Of a stretch of 64,000 nucleotides of DNA, positions 9,304-18,726 are shown one piece after another (position 1 is the first letter of the stretch; every line of letters starts with the position of its first letter). This DNA comes from an uncultured Gemmatimonadales bacterium. Lineage in GTDB: Bacteria; Gemmatimonadota; Gemmatimonadetes; Longimicrobiales; RSA9. A program made the position numbers and the translations under genes. The DNA lies in assembly GCA_963798085.1 (NCBI GenBank), contig CAWCRS010000003.1, positions 448,001 to 512,000 of the forward strand, written 5' to 3'. The notes below the pieces were generated by a model. It was not told the DNA's origin. It searched no databases and worked only from the letters and a program-made list of their open reading frames with translations.

Positions 9304-10467
9304 TCAGGCCGGCGGGACAGGTGCGATGGGCAGGAGCGAAGCTCCCGGTGCGGGACGCAGAACGTACAGCGTCGCCTGCTTCCCCGTGGAGCGGCGATAC
9401 TCGTATTCGACGCGTTCCTTGAAATCGCGCACTGCGTAGCGCGCCACCAGCGACAGCGTGCAGCCGCCGAAGCCCGCGCCCGTCAGGCGGCTGCCGAACA
9501 CGCCCGAAATTGAGCGCGCGGCCCGCACCAGCGCCTCCAGCTCGGGGGTCGACACCGCAAAATCGTCGCGCAGGCTCTCGTGTGACTCGTTGATGTAGCG
9601 GCCCACGCGCCAGATCGCGCCCGCCTCGAGCGCCGCCGCGGTGTCGCGCGTCCGCTCGATCTCTGTTACCACGTGTCGCGCGCGTCGGCGCAGCACCTCG
9701 GGCAGATCGCCGGCGCGGCGCGCGAATTCCTCCATCCCCACATCGCGCAGTCGGCGCACGCCCAGCAGGCGAGCGGCTTCCGCACACTCCGCCACGCGCT
9801 CGTTGTAAGCGGACGCGTGCAGATCGCGCGCGACGCCGGAATCCGCGGCCACCAGCATCACATCATCCTGCATGGGCACGGGCATGCACTCCAGCGTCCG
9901 GCAATCCAGAAAAATTGCATGACCCGTCTCGCCGAAGACGGACGCGAACTGGTCCATCACGCCGCAGCTCACGCCCACCCACTCGCATTCCGCGCGATGA
10001 CACAGGTCGACGATCTCGAGGTCCGTCAGTGTGCGATTGGCCGCGCCCAGCAGTGCGCGCGCAGTAGCGACTTCCAGCGCGGCGGATGAAGAAAGACCCG
10101 CGCCCCGCGGCACATCGCCGGAGATGGCCAGGTCGGCGCCGGGCAGTCGCACGCCCACGCGTTCCAGCATTGCGGACACGCCCTGCACATAGGAAGTCCA
10201 GAGCGGCCGGCGTTCGGCGGGATGATCGAGATGGAAGGCCGCGTCCTCGCCCAGGTCCACGGCCAGCACGCGCACCCTCCGGTCACTGCGCGGCGAGGCC
10301 GCCACTGCAACATCCAGGTCAATGGCGAGAGGCAGCACGAAGCCATCATTGTAGTCGACGTGCTCGCCAATGAGATTCACGCGCCCCGGCGCGCGGGCCA
10401 GCACAGCCGGCGGCTGGCCGTAAGCCCACTCGAATGCTTCCGCTGCCCGGTCCCCGGCGTATCGCAT
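9304..10467 (-). CDS. galK: Galactokinase
   Basis: APGRVNLIGEHVDY, PRGAGLSSSAA, CGVMDQ, RLTGAGFGGC. Confidence 0.95.
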   Translation of the reverse strand: MRYAGDRAAEAFEWAYGQPPAVLARAPGRVNLIGEHVDYNDGFVLPLAIDLDVAVAASPRSDRRVRVLAVDLGEDAAFHLDHPAERRPLWTSYVQGVSAMLERVGVRLPGADLAISGDVPRGAGLSSSAALEVATARALLGAANRTLTDLEIVDLCHRAECEWVGVSCGVMDQFASVFGETGHAIFLDCRTLECMPVPMQDDVMLVAADSGVARDLHASAYNERVAECAEAARLLGVRRLRDVGMEEFARRAGDLPEVLRRRARHVVTEIERTRDTAAALEAGAIWRVGRYINESHESLRDDFAVSTPELEALVRAARSISGVFGSRLTGAGFGGCTLSLVARYAVRDFKERVEYEYRRSTGKQATLYVLRPAPGASLLPIAPVPPA

Positions 10468-10637
10468 GCGGAAACCCGTATTGCGTGTGGTAATCGGCGG
10501 CACCGCGAGGCTGCGACGCGAGAGTCCCAACATGCCCCGGCCTGCCCTTCCCGGCAAGCAGTTTCTGACTGGCGCATGCCCCGCGACCACCCCACTTTGT
10601 CCTCCCCTGCACACCTCACACCCTCCAGGGCCTGCGA

Positions 10638-12381
10638 ATGAGCATGCAAGCAAAGCTCCGCCGTGCATTGACCGCGCTCGCGCTCACCGGCAGCGCCGCC
10701 GTTACCGCGTGCAGCCGCGAACCCGCCGTGGAGCCCGCTACGCTCGTGCTGCGCAACGGCAAGGTCGTCACTGTCAATGACTCGCTGCCCGAGGCACAGG
10801 CGGTGGCCGTGCGTGGCTACACCATCGCCGCAGTGGGGACCGACGCGCAGATCCGGCGCTACATCGGCCCCAGCACGCAGGTCATCGACCTGAAGGGTCG
10901 CCTGATGGTGCCGGGTCTCATCGAAGGACACGGCCACTTCATGGGTCTGGGCACTGCAGAGATGGTGCTCGATCTGACCACCGCAAAGAACTTCGATGAC
11001 ATCGTCGCCTTGGTCCGCGACGCCGTGAGCAAGGCCCGCCCCGGCGACTGGATCTTCGGCCGCGGCTGGCATCAGGAGAAATGGGACCGGAAGCCCGAGC
11101 CCAATGTCGAAGGGGTTCCACTGCACGCCGCACTGGACAGCGTCTCACCGGCTAACCCGGTGCTGCTCACGCACGCCAGCGGTCACGCCGCCTTCGCCAA
11201 TGGCGCGGCACTGCGCGCCGCGCACGTCACGCGCTCGACACGCAACCCCAATGGCGGCGAGATCGTGAAGGATGCGTCGGGCGAGCCTACCGGACTGCTG
11301 CGCGAGACGGCGCAGGGGCTGGTGAACCGCGCTGCCGACGCCCGCTCCCGTTCCCTCGACGATGTGCGTGCCGAACGGCGCCAGCAGGTCGTTCTCGCCG
11401 GCAAGGAAGCGGTCGAGCACGGCATTACCAGCTTTCAGGACGCCGGCTCCTCCTTCGACATCATCGATTTCCTGAAGTCGCTCGAAGACCGTAACGAGCT
11501 GCCGCTGCGGCTGTACGTCATGATCCGCGGCGAGCCGCCCGAGTCGCTCGAAGCCAAACTCGATCGTTACCGCATGGAACCCCAGGGCAATGACTACCTC
11601 ACCGTGCGTGCCATCAAGCAGGTCATGGATGGCGCCCTCGGCTCCCATGGCGCCTGGCTGCTGCAGCCCTACACTGACATGCCCTCGAGCACGGGCCTGA
11701 ATACCACGCCGCTCGATGTCATCGAGCGCATCGCTCGCATCGGCTTCGCCCACGGACTATCAGGTGAACATCCACGCGATCGGCGATCGCGCCAACCGCG
11801 AAGTGCTCGACGTCTACGAGCGCATCTTCGCGCAGGACACGACGAAGCACGACCTGCGCTGGCGCATCGAGCACGCGCAGCATCTCGATCCCGCCGACGT
11901 GCCACGCTTCGCGCCCCTGCACGTGCTGGCATCGATGCAGTGCAACCACGCCACTTCCGACGGACCCTGGGTGCCTTCTCGCCTGGGCGATGAACGGTCG
12001 AAAACCGGCGCCTATGTCTGGCGCGACCTGATCAATGCCGGCGCCCAGATCAACGTCGGCACCGACGTGCCCGTCGAGCACCTCGATCCCATCCGCAACT
12101 TCTACTCGTGCGTCACCCGCATGACGAAGGATGGCACGCCCTTCTATCCCGAGCAGAAGCTCACCCGCGAGGAAGCATTGCGCGGCTACACCATCAACAA
12201 TGCATACGCCGCGTTCGAGGAGAACATCAAAGGCTCGATCAAGGCAGGGAAATACGCCGACTTCACCGTCATCGACAAGGACATCATGACCATCCCCGAC
12301 GCCCAGATCCCCACCGCGCGCGTCGACTACACCATCATTGGTGGCGAAATCAGGTACAGGCGGGAGGGCGTTTCTAACTGA
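10638..12381 (+). CDS. Amidohydrolase 3 (YtcJ-like) lipoprotein; frameshift near 11756
   Basis: PGLIEGHGH, DGALGS; second frame carries HAIGDRAN, RIEHAQH, GTDVPV, GSIKAGKYADF. Confidence 0.9.
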
Positions 12382-12390
12382 CTGTCAGGC

Positions 12391-12666
12391 TGGATTTCGT
12401 TTCTCGGGCTGGGGCTCGGGCTGGGCTGGGAACTCACGGCGGAATCGGGATTCGCTGCGCGCCGGCGCCTGCTGCGCTGCGATGCCCGACAGCAATGGAG
12501 TACTGCCAACCCCACCGCACGGCCAGCCCATCCACCGCGCATGCGGACTGAAACGTGTCTTCCCAGCCGGAGCCCCGGCAACGCCGCTTCTCCATTGGAT
12601 CCGTACGAATCCGTTCCCCAGCAACCAGCCCCAGCAACCAGCGCCAGCAACGGCGTCCAGTCCGTT
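12391..12666. repeat. Intergenic element with degenerate inverted CCCAG/CTGGG short-unit arrays
   Basis: GGGCTGGGGCTCGGGCTGGGCTGGGAAC (~12406-12433) faces AATCCGTTCCCCAGCAACCAGCCCCAGCAACCAGCGCCAGCAAC (12608-12651). Confidence 0.55.
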
Positions 12667-12667
12667 C

Positions 12668-13579
12668 CTAGTAATTGAGCAGCAGCTCCAGACTCACGAC
12701 CCGCTCGGGCGTGAGAAAGAACTGCCCTACGTACGAGTTGCCCCCTAGATAACGCAGCAGCAGACCGGCGTTGCGCCCGCCGCGCGTGGCGTGCACGCCG
12801 GCCGCAAGCGCGTACGAGCTTTGCCATGCGGAACGCTCCGCGCTCTGCCAGTCGGCGCCTGTCGTGACCATCCAGTGGTGACTGGCGAACGGATGCAGCC
12901 GCGCGTCTGCTCCCGCCTGCAGCGTGAAGCGGTCCTGGCGACGGTCTTCGATCAGGATCTCCGTGTTGTCCGTGTTCGAGTGGAACACCCAGCCGCCACC
13001 GCCGTAGATCCGCAGCCCCGCGACATTCCTGGCCAGCATGCCGTCGATCGCCTCGCCGCCCATCTCAATGCGCTGCCCGCCTGTGGACTGCGAGAATTCG
13101 TCGCCCAGGTGTGAGCTGCGGTGAATGATGCGCAGCCGGACTGCGGTCGGACCCCACGCCATCTCGACCGGCATGCCCACCGCCCAGTCTTCCGAGAGAT
13201 CGTCACGGCTCGGCAGCTGGATGCGGAAGCGTGCGAAGACGCCGGCGGTCGCGCCGAAGAGCAGGCCGCCGCCCGGCCAGGCGTGATAGAGCACGGGTAT
13301 CGTCGTCCCAATGGCAGCAGCGGCCTGCATCTCCGCCTTTGTGCCGGGTGATCGCAGGTAGAGCGGTCGCTCCGGTCCACGGCGCTCGAACAGGTCTGTT
13401 CGCACCAGGCCGATCGCGAAATGCGGCTCGAGCGGATCCGCTACCGGACTCGGGAAGAGGCGGACTTCGGGAAGGAACGACCAGGATCCCGCACCACTGC
13501 CATCCTGTGCTCGCGCGCTGTTGGGGAGCAGCGCCAGCAGCGCTGCCCCCCAGACTGCGGCCATGCGGTGCTGGCTCAA
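12668..13579 (-). CDS. DUF1207-like secreted/outer-membrane beta-barrel protein
   Basis: Signal peptide; LFP.PVADP.EP, HRSSHLGDEF, G.S.VGQFF; terminal aromatic residue. Confidence 0.75.
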   Translation of the reverse strand: MSQHRMAAVWGAALLALLPNSARAQDGSGAGSWSFLPEVRLFPSPVADPLEPHFAIGLVRTDLFERRGPERPLYLRSPGTKAEMQAAAAIGTTIPVLYHAWPGGGLLFGATAGVFARFRIQLPSRDDLSEDWAVGMPVEMAWGPTAVRLRIIHRSSHLGDEFSQSTGGQRIEMGGEAIDGMLARNVAGLRIYGGGGWVFHSNTDNTEILIEDRRQDRFTLQAGADARLHPFASHHWMVTTGADWQSAERSAWQSSYALAAGVHATRGGRNAGLLLRYLGGNSYVGQFFLTPERVVSLELLLNY

Positions 13580-14013
13580 TTCGAAAGAACCACGTACGCC
13601 GGTTCGCCCGTGCGTGCGGAGATGCCTGCCGCCTGCTGCACCGCGGCATCGAGCTGGACACCGGACGCGCTTGCCGGTACGCGGACCGTGCGCTCTGCCG
13701 GCGCATCATCGCCGCTCGCCGCGGCGCACTGTACGGTGATCGTCATCGGACTGTAGATCCCCCATGTGATCACGCGCACCAACGCATTCATGAAGCTCAT
13801 CTGCGTTTCTACCTTCGCCACGCCGTTCGGACACTTCTGCGCCGTCTCCACGACGTGCGGAGGCACCAGGCCATCCACGAACGAGGTCGCCCACTTGTTT
13901 TCGACAACCGTACCCGACGGCTGCCGGCCCGTATCCACGATTGCGTGATAGCAACCGCCGCTCACGAGCGCGGCGCCAACCAGCAGACTGCTGCCCAACC
14001 AGCGACTCTTCAC
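13576..14013 (-). CDS. Bor/Iss family lipoprotein
   Basis: AGGAGG RBS, lipobox SGGC, F..GL, C..GVAKVETQ.SF.N, TWGIYSP.T..V.C. Confidence 0.85.
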   Translation of the reverse strand: MKSRWLGSSLLVGAALVSGGCYHAIVDTGRQPSGTVVENKWATSFVDGLVPPHVVETAQKCPNGVAKVETQMSFMNALVRVITWGIYSPMTITVQCAAASGDDAPAERTVRVPASASGVQLDAAVQQAAGISARTGEPAYVVLSN

Positions 14014-14457
14014 GACGTACCTCCTGATCCTCGAGAAACCTCGCCCCACACCGGGGCATGGACCAACCACCTCCTACCGCACCCGACCCGCATCCTGATT
14101 TCACCCGGCCTCGCGGGATCGTTGGCTCACTCCCTTCGAAGCTCCTGCCAGCGGGTCGCGGCTCGGGCAGCTTTCGTCGACGACCTGGCGCGTGCGCCGC
14201 TCGCCACGCGAATCGGCTCAACGCGCATGCTTCCACCCGCCGGGTCCTATTGTGCCCCCCGCCGGCGAGGGGCACAATTGTGTCCGGGCCGCGGAACGCC
14301 GTCAAGCGCGGGCTTCAGCCGATTTCTTGCGGGTCGCGGCACTGAACATTCCAGCCTCGACGCCTGCACGCGCCCAACAGGCGACGCCCCTGCCGCGTCA
14401 ACAACGATCGGGTGGCACCGCGGGAACAGCCGTGGTGCCGTTGAGGTTGGAAACCGG

Positions 14458-15606
14458 ATGCTGAAACGAATGACAATGACTGTGGGCCGGCGGCGTTTCG
14501 CCTCCCTTGCCGCCGCACCGCTGTTGCTCTGCATTGCCCTGCCGGGTTGCAACGGCGCGCCTCCCCCGCCAACCGCACAGCATGTCCCGGTCGCGATTGC
14601 CACCGCGCAATTGCAGGATGTGCCTGTCGATCTCACCGCCAATGGGCGCGTCGAGCCGATCCAGACGGTCTCGATCGAGCCGCAGGTGAACGGGGTCATC
14701 ACCGAGGTCGCCTTCCATGAAGGCGATGATGTGCAGGTGGGCCAGGTCCTGTTCCGCATCGACGCGCGGCCCTACGAAGCGGCACTGCGTCAGTCGCAGG
14801 GCGCGCTGGCCCGCGACCTCGCTCAGGCGGTCAGTGCCGAAACCGACGCGAAGCGCTTCGCGACGCTTGCGGGCAAGGACTTCGCTACGCGCTCCGAAGC
14901 GGAGAAATCGCAGGCCACCGCGGCCGCACTGCACGCTACCGTCCAGGCGGACAGCGCCGCGGTCGAGGCCGCCCAGCTGAACCTCAGCTATTGCACCATC
15001 CGCGCACCGGTCGCCGGGCGCACCGGCAGTCTGCTCGTGCACCTCGGCAATGTGGTGCGTACCGGGGCTGGTACCTCGCTGGTCGTGATCAACCAGCTGC
15101 GTCCCATCCTCGTGCGGTTCGCTGTGCCGCAGCGCGAGCTGGGCGACGTGCAGAAGTACGGAACCGCCAGGCCACTCGTCGTCACCGCGCTGCCCGCTGA
15201 GGGGCAGGGAACAGACACCGACGGCGCACTGGTCTTCATCGACAACAAGGTGGATGGCACCACCGGCACGGTGACACTCAAGGCGAAGTTCGACAACGCC
15301 GGCGCCGTGCTCTGGCCCGGCCAGTTCATCACCGTGCGGCTGCGCCTCTACACGCAGACCGGCGCCGTGACTGTGCCGCCCGAGGCCGTCGTGCCCGGCC
15401 AGAATGGTAATTTCGTGTTTGTCGTGGACAGCACCCACAAGGCGCACATGCGCAAGGTGGTGGCGGGACGCACCACCGACACCGCAATCGTCATCGACCA
15501 GGGCGTGCAGGCCGGTGAGCAGGTGGTCACGGATGGGCAGTCCCGCCTCTTCGACGGCGCTACCGTCGACATCCGCGTCCGCGCCGAGCAGGACGAGAAC
15601 TCATGA
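14458..15606 (+). CDS. RND efflux periplasmic adaptor (MdtA-like)
   Basis: Lipoprotein-like N-terminus, EGD.V..GQ.LF.ID.RP, IRAPV.GRTG, FIDN.VD.TTGT, LWPGQF. Confidence 0.92.
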   Translation: MLKRMTMTVGRRRFASLAAAPLLLCIALPGCNGAPPPPTAQHVPVAIATAQLQDVPVDLTANGRVEPIQTVSIEPQVNGVITEVAFHEGDDVQVGQVLFRIDARPYEAALRQSQGALARDLAQAVSAETDAKRFATLAGKDFATRSEAEKSQATAAALHATVQADSAAVEAAQLNLSYCTIRAPVAGRTGSLLVHLGNVVRTGAGTSLVVINQLRPILVRFAVPQRELGDVQKYGTARPLVVTALPAEGQGTDTDGALVFIDNKVDGTTGTVTLKAKFDNAGAVLWPGQFITVRLRLYTQTGAVTVPPEAVVPGQNGNFVFVVDSTHKAHMRKVVAGRTTDTAIVIDQGVQAGEQVVTDGQSRLFDGATVDIRVRAEQDENS

Positions 15607-18600
15607 ACATCGCAGAACCGTTCATTCGCCGGCCCGTCATGACCACACTGGTCATGATCACGGTGCTGTTTTTCGGCATCTTCGCCTATCGTCTGCTGCC
15701 CGTCAGCGACCTGCCGAATGTCGACTTCCCCACCATCACCGTGTCCGCCAGCCTGCCCGGCGCCAGTCCCGAGACCATGGCGTCCGCGGTTGCCACACCG
15801 CTGGAGAAGCAGTTCTCCACGATTGCCGGCGTCACGGACATGACATCCAGCAGCCAGCTGGGCTCGACGTCCATTACACTGCAGTTCTCGCTGAGCCGCG
15901 CAATCGATGCGGCCGCGCAGGATGTGCAGTCGGCCATTTCCAAGACGCTGCGCAGTTTGCCGCAGGGCATCGTGCCGCCTTCCTACCAGAAGGTGAACCC
16001 GGCCGACGACCCCATCCTCTACCTGTCGCTGACGTCCGATGTGCTGCAGCTCTCCAAGCTGGACAACTACGCGGAGACGTTCCTCGCGCAGCGCATCTCG
16101 ACCGTCGATGGCGTTGCACAGGTGTCGGTGTTCGGCGCGCAGAAATACGCCGTGCGCATCCAGCTCGACCCGCGCGCACTCGCCAGCCGCGGCATCGGCA
16201 TCGATGAAGTGGCTGCCGCCGTCAATAACGCCAACGTCAACATGCCCAGCGGCACGCTCTGGGGTTCCGAGCGCGCCTACACCATCCGCGCCAATGGCCA
16301 GATCGGCAATGCCGCCACATTCCGCAAGCTGGTCGTGGCCTGGCGCAATGGCGCACCCGTCCGCCTCGAAGACCTCGGCCAGGTCATCAATGACGTACAG
16401 GACAACCGCAACGCCAGCTGGTTCGACGGCGCGCGCTCCGTAACCCTCAGCATCCAGCGCCAGCCCGGCACCAACACGGTCGCCGTCGCCAATGGTGTGA
16501 AGCAGCTCGTCGCTTCACTGCACGATGAGCTGCCGCCCTCGGTGAAGGTCCACACACTGTACGACCGCTCCGAATCGATTCACGAATCCGTGCACGATGT
16601 GAAGTTCACCCTCTGGCTCACGCTCTGCCTCGTGGTCATGGTGATCTTCCTGTTCCTGCGCAACGTCTCCGCCACCGCCATTCCCAGCGTGGCGCTGCCG
16701 CTCTCCATCGTGGGCACCTTCTCGGCGATGTACCTGCTGCACTACAGCCTCGACAACCTCTCGCTCATGGGCCTGACCCTGGCCGTCGGCTTCGTCGTCG
16801 ATGATGCCATTGTCATGCTCGAGAACATCGTGCGTCACGTCGAGATGGGGAAACCGCGCATGCAGGCCGCACTCGACGGTGCGCGCGAGATCGGCTTCAC
16901 CATCGTGTCCATGACCCTGTCCCTTACGGCCGTCTTCATTCCCGTGCTGTTCATGGGCGGAATCCTTGGCCGCCTGTTCCACGAATTCGCCGTCACCATC
17001 AGTGTCGCGATCCTGGTGTCCGGCTTCGTCTCGCTCACGCTGACACCCATGCTCGCCGCGCGCTTCCTGCGTCGCCAGGACGGGCGTCATGGTCGGCTGT
17101 TCAATGCCTCCGAACGCGTGTGGGATCACATACTCGGCGGCTACGAGCGCAGCCTCGTCTGGGTCATGCGCCACCGCCCGCTGGCCGTCGTCTTCTCGCT
17201 CGTCATCCTGATCGCCACAGTCGCGCTCTTCATTCGTATGCCCAAGGGTTTCCTGCCGTCCGAGGACACGGGCCGCCTCGGCATCACCACGGAAACCGCG
17301 CAGGGCACGTCCTTCGAGGCAATGCTGCGCCATCAGCAGGCCGTGGCCGACATCGCCGCGCGTGACACCAACGTTGCGGATTTCATGTCCGCGGCAGGCG
17401 GCGGACGCGGCAGCGGCAATCAGGGCCGCCTCGTGCTGCGCCTCAAACCGCGCGGCCAGCGCCTTGACGTCGATGCGCTCACCCGCGAGCTGAATCGCAA
17501 GCTCAACACGGTGCCGGGCATTCGTGCGTACGTGCAGAACCCGCCGCCCATCCGCATCGGGCCGCGTACCACGAAGAGCATCTATCAGTTCACTTTGCAG
17601 AGTGCGGATGTCGATGCGCTGTATTCCGCCGCAGGTGTGCTCGAGGACAGTCTCAAGGGATTGCCGCAGCTGAAGGATGTCACCACCGATCTGCTCGTCG
17701 GCAACCCGGAAGTCAGCGTCGACATCGACCGCGATCGCGCCGCCGCGCTGGGTGTGACGCCCGCGCAGATCGAAGCGGGTTTGTACGACGCGTACGGCTC
17801 GCGCCAGGTCTCCACCATCTACACGCCCGACAACGAGTACTGGGTGGTGATGGAGCTGCTGCCCGAGTTCCAGCGTGATCTGCCCGCCCTCGACATGCTG
17901 TACATCCGCTCGGCGACCGGTGCGCTCGTACCGCTGGGCGCCGTGGCCTCGCTCGCGCGCTCCGCCGGCCCGCTCGCGGTCAACCATTCCGGCCAGCTGC
18001 CCTCGGTCACGCTCTCCTTCGACGTGCCCAAGGGCATCTCGCTCGGCTCCGCGGTCAATGCCGTGCAGCGCGTGGCCCGGCGCGTGCTGCCCGCCAGCAT
18101 CACGACCGGCTTCTCCGGCACGGCGCAGGCGTTCCAGCAGTCGCAGCAGGGCCTGCTGCTGCTGCTCGCGCTCGCCGTCTTCGTTATTTACACCGTGTTA
18201 GGAATCCTCTACGAGAGCTTCATTCACCCGCTCACCATCCTGTCCGCCCTGCCCTTCGCGGCCTTCGGCGCGCTGGTCGCGCTGCTGCTCTCCGGCACCG
18301 ACCTCAATGTGTACGCCTTCGTGGGCGTGATCATGCTCGTCGGCCTGGTCAAGAAGAACGGCATCATGATGATCGACTTCGCCATCGAGTCGGAGCGCAA
18401 TGACCGCGTCGATGCCGCCACTGCCATCGTACGCGCCAGCGTGGTGCGCTTCCGGCCCATCATGATGACCACCATGGCCGCGCTCATGGCATCGCTGCCC
18501 ATTGCCTTCGGCACGGGCGCGGGCGCCGAAGCACGCCGCCCCCTCGGCATCGCCGTCGCCGGCGGCCTCGCCTTTTCGCAGTTCGTGACGCTCTACGTGA

Positions 18601-18725
18601 CGCCCGTCGTCTACACGTACCTCGACGCGCTGCAGCGTCGCCTGGGTGTGCGCCACGCGCGCACGCCGGCCAGTACCGAAGTCGAACAGGCACGCGTGCA
18701 CCCCGCGGCGTCGCCCTCCTCATGA
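15603..18725 (+). CDS. RND efflux permease (MdtB/MdtC-like)
   Basis: FIRRPV, PGASPETMAS.VATPLE, GFVVDDAIVMLEN, KKNGIMMIDFA, RFRPIMMTT; ATGA coupling to the adaptor. Confidence 0.95.
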   Translation: MNIAEPFIRRPVMTTLVMITVLFFGIFAYRLLPVSDLPNVDFPTITVSASLPGASPETMASAVATPLEKQFSTIAGVTDMTSSSQLGSTSITLQFSLSRAIDAAAQDVQSAISKTLRSLPQGIVPPSYQKVNPADDPILYLSLTSDVLQLSKLDNYAETFLAQRISTVDGVAQVSVFGAQKYAVRIQLDPRALASRGIGIDEVAAAVNNANVNMPSGTLWGSERAYTIRANGQIGNAATFRKLVVAWRNGAPVRLEDLGQVINDVQDNRNASWFDGARSVTLSIQRQPGTNTVAVANGVKQLVASLHDELPPSVKVHTLYDRSESIHESVHDVKFTLWLTLCLVVMVIFLFLRNVSATAIPSVALPLSIVGTFSAMYLLHYSLDNLSLMGLTLAVGFVVDDAIVMLENIVRHVEMGKPRMQAALDGAREIGFTIVSMTLSLTAVFIPVLFMGGILGRLFHEFAVTISVAILVSGFVSLTLTPMLAARFLRRQDGRHGRLFNASERVWDHILGGYERSLVWVMRHRPLAVVFSLVILIATVALFIRMPKGFLPSEDTGRLGITTETAQGTSFEAMLRHQQAVADIAARDTNVADFMSAAGGGRGSGNQGRLVLRLKPRGQRLDVDALTRELNRKLNTVPGIRAYVQNPPPIRIGPRTTKSIYQFTLQSADVDALYSAAGVLEDSLKGLPQLKDVTTDLLVGNPEVSVDIDRDRAAALGVTPAQIEAGLYDAYGSRQVSTIYTPDNEYWVVMELLPEFQRDLPALDMLYIRSATGALVPLGAVASLARSAGPLAVNHSGQLPSVTLSFDVPKGISLGSAVNAVQRVARRVLPASITTGFSGTAQAFQQSQQGLLLLLALAVFVIYTVLGILYESFIHPLTILSALPFAAFGALVALLLSGTDLNVYAFVGVIMLVGLVKKNGIMMIDFAIESERNDRVDAATAIVRASVVRFRPIMMTTMAALMASLPIAFGTGAGAEARRPLGIAVAGGLAFSQFVTLYVTPVVYTYLDALQRRLGVRHARTPASTEVEQARVHPAASPSS

Positions 18726-18726
18726 C

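Noticed and set aside
13231..14457. Long N-terminal extensions on the RND adaptor ORF (similarly 5355-5972 and 52615-52983)
   Set aside because: Open only for lack of stops; they overlap other genes or promoters and precede the real signal peptide or RBS
16515..17987. Long antisense and alternate-frame ORFs (also 918-1997, 14398-15447, 45924-47231 and others)
   Set aside because: Typical high-GC shadows of well-supported genes on the other strand
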